Source: an uncultured delta proteobacterium (GTDB lineage Bacteria; Myxococcota_A; Polyangia; Palsa-1104). Taken from it: a stretch of 64,000 bases of DNA. A program made the translations under genes and the position numbers. The notes below the pieces were generated by a model, which saw only the letters and a program-made list of their open reading frames with translations, was not told the DNA's origin and searched no databases. Of the stretch, positions 58,682 through 64,000 are shown in pieces; position 1 is the stretch's first letter, and each line of letters begins with the position of its first letter. The stretch spans positions 224,001-288,000 of the forward strand of contig CAWAWS010000014.1 of NCBI GenBank assembly GCA_963785725.1. The letters are read 5' to 3'.

Positions 58682-60301
58682 ATGCGCAACTTGCGGTGGA
58701 TACTCGTGGCAGCGGTAGCAGCGGGCGGCTGTGCTGGCCAAACCAGCGTCGAAGAAGGCGGGTCGACCAGCGAGGCGCTGTCCGCGTCCGAGCAGCATGG
58801 TCACGATGTCTGGTTCAAGTCGACCTTCGGCGGCGAGAAGTTCTTCTCGCTGATCTTGCCGTCGGCGCCCTTCAACTTGTCGGTCGGCTTCGACGAGGTG
58901 CTCGCCTCCGATCGCAACACGCGCTTCGAGAACTTTGGCGTCATCAACGATCCCGACTGCGTGCAAGGTGACGCGTCGACGGGCGGCCTCGACAAGTGCG
59001 CCGACGACGCCAACATGTTCACCAGCCCGCAGGGCGCCAGCGCCGGTCTCGTCGGCGTGCGCAAGTTCGCCAACCCGAATTACACGCCGACCAACGGGCA
59101 GCCGCCGGTGCTCGTCGGCGTCACCTGCGCCGCTTGCCACGCCGGTCTCGACGCGCAGCATCCGGCCGCCGATCCCGATCACCCGACGTGGGCGCAGATC
59201 CACGCCACCACCGGCAACCAGTACATCGGCATCGGCAAGATCTTCGGCGCGCATCTGTCGACGCATGACCCGCGCTTCCAGGTCTTTCACACGTGGGGTC
59301 CCGGCACCGTCGACACGACGGCGATCGAGAGCGACGGCATCAACAACCCCGGCATCATCACGCAGTTCTTCAACCTCGGTAAACGCCCCTATTTCAACGT
59401 GACCGAGAACGGCGCGGCCTTGCCGCCGGCGCATCGCGCGGGTCAGGGCGGCGAGGACGACGCCGGCTGCACCGCCGCCGCCTTGCGCGTCTTCTTCAAC
59501 ATCGGCATGTGCGCGGCGGAGTGCATGGTGCCGCATCTGGCGAACGGACCGGGCGGCACGCAGACGCCGATCGATCAGGTCGAGTGCGCGCAGGTGTGCC
59601 CCGATTTCGTGCAGGCCCAGGCCGACGTCGTCGATATGTGCGCGTTCATGGCGACGACGACGCCGCCGTCGCTGGCGCAGACGGCGGGCGGCCAGTCGTA
59701 CATCACGTCCGATCGCAGCGTGCTGGCGCGCGGGCAGCAGGTGTTCACGCAGAACTGCGCGTCGTGCCACGGCGGCGCGGTGTTGTCGGACGATCAGGTG
59801 CACGTCGCGTCGGACATCGGCACCAACAGCTGCCGCTCGAAGACGACCAACTGGACCTCGGGTCACATCTGGGCCGAGTTCTCGTCCGATCAGTACAAGG
59901 CGCGTCCGACGGGCGGCCCCGGCTACTACCGCGACGTGCCGCTCATCGGCATCTGGGCCACCGCGCCGTTCTTGCACACGAACGCGCTCGGTCTCTACAA
60001 CGGTGACCCGAGCGTCAAGGGGCGCGTCGCGGCCTACGAAGAGTCGATGTTCGAGCTGCTCAATCCGCTGTCGCGCGACTACTTGGGCTCGATTCAGACG
60101 ACGACCGATACGGTCAACATCCCGGGCATTCCGATCGCGCTGCCGAAAGGCACGCCGGTCGCGCTCTTCGCCAACTTGAACCCGGCCAATCCGCTCGACA
60201 ACTTGTGCCCCGATCTCGTCGAGAACGAGGGCCACACGTTCGGCTGGCTGTTGCCGCCGGGTGACAAGTACGCGCTCACGGAGTGGCTCAAGACCCAGTA
60301 G
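58682..60301 (+). CDS. Di-heme c-type cytochrome lipoprotein
   Basis: Lipobox AGGC; CAACH and CASCH; GYY...L.GIWATAPFLH motif; ENEGHTFG. Confidence 0.85.
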   Translation: MRNLRWILVAAVAAGGCAGQTSVEEGGSTSEALSASEQHGHDVWFKSTFGGEKFFSLILPSAPFNLSVGFDEVLASDRNTRFENFGVINDPDCVQGDASTGGLDKCADDANMFTSPQGASAGLVGVRKFANPNYTPTNGQPPVLVGVTCAACHAGLDAQHPAADPDHPTWAQIHATTGNQYIGIGKIFGAHLSTHDPRFQVFHTWGPGTVDTTAIESDGINNPGIITQFFNLGKRPYFNVTENGAALPPAHRAGQGGEDDAGCTAAALRVFFNIGMCAAECMVPHLANGPGGTQTPIDQVECAQVCPDFVQAQADVVDMCAFMATTTPPSLAQTAGGQSYITSDRSVLARGQQVFTQNCASCHGGAVLSDDQVHVASDIGTNSCRSKTTNWTSGHIWAEFSSDQYKARPTGGPGYYRDVPLIGIWATAPFLHTNALGLYNGDPSVKGRVAAYEESMFELLNPLSRDYLGSIQTTTDTVNIPGIPIALPKGTPVALFANLNPANPLDNLCPDLVENEGHTFGWLLPPGDKYALTEWLKTQ

Positions 60302-60338
60302 CCCTTGCGCTCATGCGCGGATGCGTTACGGTCCGCGC

Positions 60339-60662
60339 ATGGGCATGCAAGATCACTTCGACCTGATCGCCGACGCCGAGCTCCGCTACCTCGAATCCAA
60401 GCTGGGCGAGCTCGATCCCGATGACGTCGAGGTCGAGCTCTCGCAAGGCGTCCTCACCCTCACGCTCGCCGACGACGCCAAGATCGTCGTCAACAGCCAT
60501 CACGCCGCCGGCGAAATCTGGATGGCCGCCTTCCGTCAGGCGTGGCACTTCGCGCCCAAGGAATCCGACGGCCGCGTCGAATGGCGCACCCACCAAGACG
60601 AGCTGCGCGCGACGCTGAAGCGCGTCCTCGACGAGCACTTGGCCGCGCCCGTCAGCATCTGA
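60339..60662 (+). CDS. cyaY: Frataxin/CyaY iron donor
   Basis: GVLTLTL...KIVVNSH....EIWMAA...WHF. Confidence 0.85.
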   Translation: MGMQDHFDLIADAELRYLESKLGELDPDDVEVELSQGVLTLTLADDAKIVVNSHHAAGEIWMAAFRQAWHFAPKESDGRVEWRTHQDELRATLKRVLDEHLAAPVSI

Positions 60663-60902
60663 CCTTCGCGAACGCTTACTCGTCTCAGCTGTTGCGTTTG
60701 GGGGCGAACGTCGGCGTTTCAAGACGAGGCCGGATATAAACCAATCACGCTGTGGCTAGATCCGCCGATGTCCGGCGCGATGGAGCTCCGGCGCGCGCGG
60801 CCACCGGCCGCCCGCGCGCCTACGCCCAAATTAAACCTGCGAACGACCGAAGACCAAGGCTGAGACCCTACCGTGCCGCGCGTTTCCGAAAGCCAGAGCG
60901 GA

Positions 60903-60977
60903 GACAAAATGGGCGCCAGCGAGTTGTCTCCCGCAGGCCGTAGGCCGAGGATTGTCTGAGCTGGCGCCCGTTTTGTC
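60903..60977. repeat. 18-bp inverted repeat between convergent cyaY and M13 genes
   Basis: GACAAAATGGGCGCCAGC / GCTGGCGCCCGTTTTGTC with one G-U pair; 39-nt loop. Confidence 0.75.
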
Positions 60978-60994
60978 GTAGCGACTTGGCAGCG

Positions 60995-63052
60995 TCACCA
61001 GACGACGCAGGCGTTGGCGCGCATCATCTTATCCCCCGGCTTGCACTGGAACGCTGCGCCGAACTCCGGCAGATTCGACATCGGCCCGTCGACGCGATAG
61101 TGCGCCGGCGAGTGCGGGTCCGTCGTCACGCGCACGCGCGCATTCTCCGGCCGCATCTTCGTGCACCACGACTGCGCCGTCCCCAAGAAGAACAGCTGCT
61201 CGTCGGTCCAGTTGCCGATCTGCTCGGGCTTGGCCGAGCCGCGCGCCGCGACGTAGGCCGCGTGCGCCAGCTTGAGCCCGCCCAAGTCGGCCAGGTTCTC
61301 GCCCAGCGTCAGCTTGCCGTTCAAATGCATGTCGTCGACCGCGACGTAGCCGTTGAACTGATCGACCACGCACTGCGCGCGGCGATCGAACTCCTTGCCG
61401 ACCGTCGGCGACCACCAGTCGCGCAAGTTGCCGGCGGCGTCGAACTGGCGGCCTTCGTCGTCGAAGCCGTGCGTCAGCTCGTGACCCATGACCATGCCGA
61501 TGGCGCCGAAGTTGACCGGGCGCGCCGCCTGCCGATTGAAGAACGGCGGCTGCAAAATACCCGACGGAAACACCATCTCGTTCAGCGACGGGTTGTAATA
61601 GGCGTTCACCGTCGGCGGCGTGATGTCCCACTCGGCGCGATCGACCGGCTTGCCGATCTTGGCCAAGCGGCGACGCGTCTCGAACTCGTCGGCGTGCATG
61701 GCGTTCTGCACGTACGAATCCTTGGCCAGCTGCAGCTTCGAGTAATCGCGCTCTTTGTCGGGATAACCGATCTTGTTGACGATGTGATCGAGCTTGCCGT
61801 GCGCCTGCACGCGCGTCGCGTCGTCGAGCCAGGTCAGCGAGTCGAGGTTGTGGCTCATCGCCGCCTCGATGCTCTTGACCATCGCCTGCGTCAGCTCCTT
61901 GCCGTCGGCGCCGAACGTCTTCTTCACGAACGCGTCGCCGAGCGCGAAGCCGATCAGCTGATCGGTCGCTTCCACGCAGCGCTTCCAGCGCGGCTGATTC
62001 TCGGCCACGCCGTTGAGCGTGTGCGCGTAGAACGCGAAGTTCTCGTCGACGATCGCCTTGTTGAGCGTCGGCGCCAGCGAATGCACGAGGTGCCAGCGCA
62101 GGTAGGCCTTCCACTCCGGCAGCGTCGTCTTCGTCAGCTCCTTGTCGAGCCCGCCGAAGAACTCCGGCGCCGCGACGTTGATCTGCGTCATCGTCGGCAC
62201 GCCCATGTCGCTGAAGTACGCCTTCCAGCCGAACTTGGGCGCCGTCTTCTCGATGCCGGCGAGCTCGAGGCGATGGTAGACCTTCTGCGGATCGCGGCGC
62301 TCGACGCGCGACATCGCCGCCGTCGCCATCGACGTCTCGATGCGCATGATCGTCGCCGCGTCCTTCGTCGCCTGCGCCGCCGGCTCGCCCGCCAACGTCA
62401 GCATCTTCTCGACGTGCGCCTGATAGGCCTTGCGCAGCTCGGGGAATTTGCCGTCGGTCTTCAAGTAGTAGTCGCGATCGGGCAGCCCGAGGCCGCCTTG
62501 ATCGAGCGCGCCGATGACCAGCGTCGCGTCCTTGAAGTCCTGCGCCTGATCGAACTGGAACAGCGAATCGATGCCCGCCAAGTGCTCGCGCGCGATCTCG
62601 TGCGTCAGCGCCTTCTGATCTTTGACGGCGTCGATGAGCTGAAGCTGCGTCTTCAGCTCCGCCGGCGCCGACTGCTCGAGGCCCGCTTCGTCCATGCAGC
62701 TCGTCCACATGGCGCCCAATTTGTCGCCGAACTTGCCGACGTCCTCGCCTTTGGCAGCGGCTTCGAGGATGGCGCGCTCCTCGGTCAAGTTGGAGTCCAT
62801 GATGGTGCTGAAGCCGCGACCCCAAATGGCGCGATCGGCCGGGATCTCGGTGCGCGCGATCCAGCCGCCGCAGGCGTACTGGTAGAAGTCGTCGCACGGG
62901 CTGACGGTGGGATCGAGCGCCGATTCGTCGATGCCGTTCGCGCCGCCCGGCGCCGCCGGCGTCATCGCCACGGGCGTGTTGGACTGCGGAGCCGAGGTCG
63001 CGGCGTGCGAACAGCCGGCGGTGAAAGCGGCGAGTAATAGCCAATTGCGCAT
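60995..63052 (-). CDS. M13 family metallopeptidase (neprilysin/PepO-like) lipoprotein
   Basis: PCDDFYQYACGGW, VNAYY, GHELTHGFD, GENLADLGG, DPHSP. Confidence 0.96.
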   Translation of the reverse strand: MRNWLLLAAFTAGCSHAATSAPQSNTPVAMTPAAPGGANGIDESALDPTVSPCDDFYQYACGGWIARTEIPADRAIWGRGFSTIMDSNLTEERAILEAAAKGEDVGKFGDKLGAMWTSCMDEAGLEQSAPAELKTQLQLIDAVKDQKALTHEIAREHLAGIDSLFQFDQAQDFKDATLVIGALDQGGLGLPDRDYYLKTDGKFPELRKAYQAHVEKMLTLAGEPAAQATKDAATIMRIETSMATAAMSRVERRDPQKVYHRLELAGIEKTAPKFGWKAYFSDMGVPTMTQINVAAPEFFGGLDKELTKTTLPEWKAYLRWHLVHSLAPTLNKAIVDENFAFYAHTLNGVAENQPRWKRCVEATDQLIGFALGDAFVKKTFGADGKELTQAMVKSIEAAMSHNLDSLTWLDDATRVQAHGKLDHIVNKIGYPDKERDYSKLQLAKDSYVQNAMHADEFETRRRLAKIGKPVDRAEWDITPPTVNAYYNPSLNEMVFPSGILQPPFFNRQAARPVNFGAIGMVMGHELTHGFDDEGRQFDAAGNLRDWWSPTVGKEFDRRAQCVVDQFNGYVAVDDMHLNGKLTLGENLADLGGLKLAHAAYVAARGSAKPEQIGNWTDEQLFFLGTAQSWCTKMRPENARVRVTTDPHSPAHYRVDGPMSNLPEFGAAFQCKPGDKMMRANACVVW

Positions 63053-63130
63053 GGTTCCTCCGACGAGAAATAATCCGCGCAACGCGCGGAATTGGTCTGG
63101 GTGAACCGCTATACCCTATATTCGTAGGCG

Positions 63131-64000
63131 ATGGCCAGACGAAGCCCGCGACTGGTGCCCGCTGATGGCGCCGAGCTGACGCTCGACATCGACGGCCGCT
63201 CGGTCAAGCTGACGAACCTGGGAAAGCCCTTTTGGCCGCACATCACCAAGGGCGATCTCATCCAGTATTACGTCGACGTCGCGCCCTATTTGCTGCCGCA
63301 TCTGCGCGATCGCGCCATGGTCATGAAGCGCTATCCGCACGGCGCCGCAGGCGAATTCTTCTTCATGAAGCGCGCGCCGACGCCGCGGCCGCCGTGGATC
63401 GAGACGGTCGCCATCGAGCACGACTCGGGCAACGTCATCGACTTCCCGATGATTCAAGATCTGCCGTCGCTCATGTGGTGCATCAACTTGGGCTGCATCG
63501 ATCTGAACCAATGGTATGCGCGCGCCGACGACGTCAATCGGCCCGACTATGTTCACTTCGATCTCGACCCGGGCACGGCCTCGTTCGCGATGGTCAAAGA
63601 GACGGCGCGGCTGCTCGACGCGACGCTGCGCGGCATCGGCCTGACGACGTTCGTCAAGACCTCGGGCTCCAAAGGCCTGCACGTCTACGTCCCGATCGTC
63701 CGCGCGCCGCTGCAAAAGCAGGTGTGGACGTTCGCCAAGACCGTCTCCGTCGAGCTCGCCAAGCAGCATCCGGAGCTGATGACGGCGGTCTATGTGCGCG
63801 CCAAACGGCCCGAAGGGCGCGTGCTCGTCGACTACAATCAGAACCGTTGGGGCTCGACCTTGGCGTCGATCTACTCGGTCCGCCCGACGCCGCACGCGAC
63901 GGTGTCGACGCCGGTGACCTGGGACGAGCTGCCCCAAGTCGAGATCGCCGACTTCACGCTCGAGAACGTCCCCGAGCGGCTGGAGAAGATCGGCGACTTG
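63131..64000 (+). CDS. ligD: LigD polymerase (primase-like) domain protein, runs off the window end
   Basis: Manual translation: LTNLGKPFWP.ITKGDLIQYY, KRYPHG, FDLDPG, KTSGSKGLHVY, VDYNQN, YSVR...VSTPVTW. Confidence 0.9.
   Translation, partial: MARRSPRLVPADGAELTLDIDGRSVKLTNLGKPFWPHITKGDLIQYYVDVAPYLLPHLRDRAMVMKRYPHGAAGEFFFMKRAPTPRPPWIETVAIEHDSGNVIDFPMIQDLPSLMWCINLGCIDLNQWYARADDVNRPDYVHFDLDPGTASFAMVKETARLLDATLRGIGLTTFVKTSGSKGLHVYVPIVRAPLQKQVWTFAKTVSVELAKQHPELMTAVYVRAKRPEGRVLVDYNQNRWGSTLASIYSVRPTPHATVSTPVTWDELPQVEIADFTLENVPERLEKIGDL

Noticed and set aside
60700..60730. tmRNA-like GGGGGCG start
   Set aside because: No matching acceptor stem, T-arm or CCA end found

Overview
High-GC chromosomal window, probably from a myxobacterium (Myxococcota, Polyangia-like). 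The inference rests on three MYXO-CTERM proteins, PEGA/PilZ-like and giant TPR proteins, and ECF sigma/anti-sigma pairs. Most of it is ordinary accessory and housekeeping content: an M16 peptidase pair, a complete tyrosine catabolism cluster (FAH-maiA-hppD-MarR-hmgA; the first three carry many indels that are probably sequencing errors), DUF4266/DUF3570/TlpA, a two-component system, MATE/MFS transporters, tRNA-Gly(CCC), HU, glgP, TetR plus an AurF-like diiron protein, pdxB, bioB, a vWA-FHA/amidase-M23/hydrolase operon, cyaY, an M13 peptidase and a LigD polymerase domain. No CRISPR array, integrase or transposase was seen. The most unusual signals are non-coding: (1) a ~280-bp long-palindrome dispersed repeat present twice (27068-27347, 40512-40791), each copy preceded on the same side by a strongly G-depleted zone that rewrites codon usage of the neighbouring gene; (2) a helically phased array of CGATCG sites upstream of the HU gene; (3) a leader-peptide/antiterminator/terminator attenuator ahead of the MATE gene; (4) clear palindromic operators for the MarR and TetR regulators. 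All calls were made by eye from motifs; no database searches were run.
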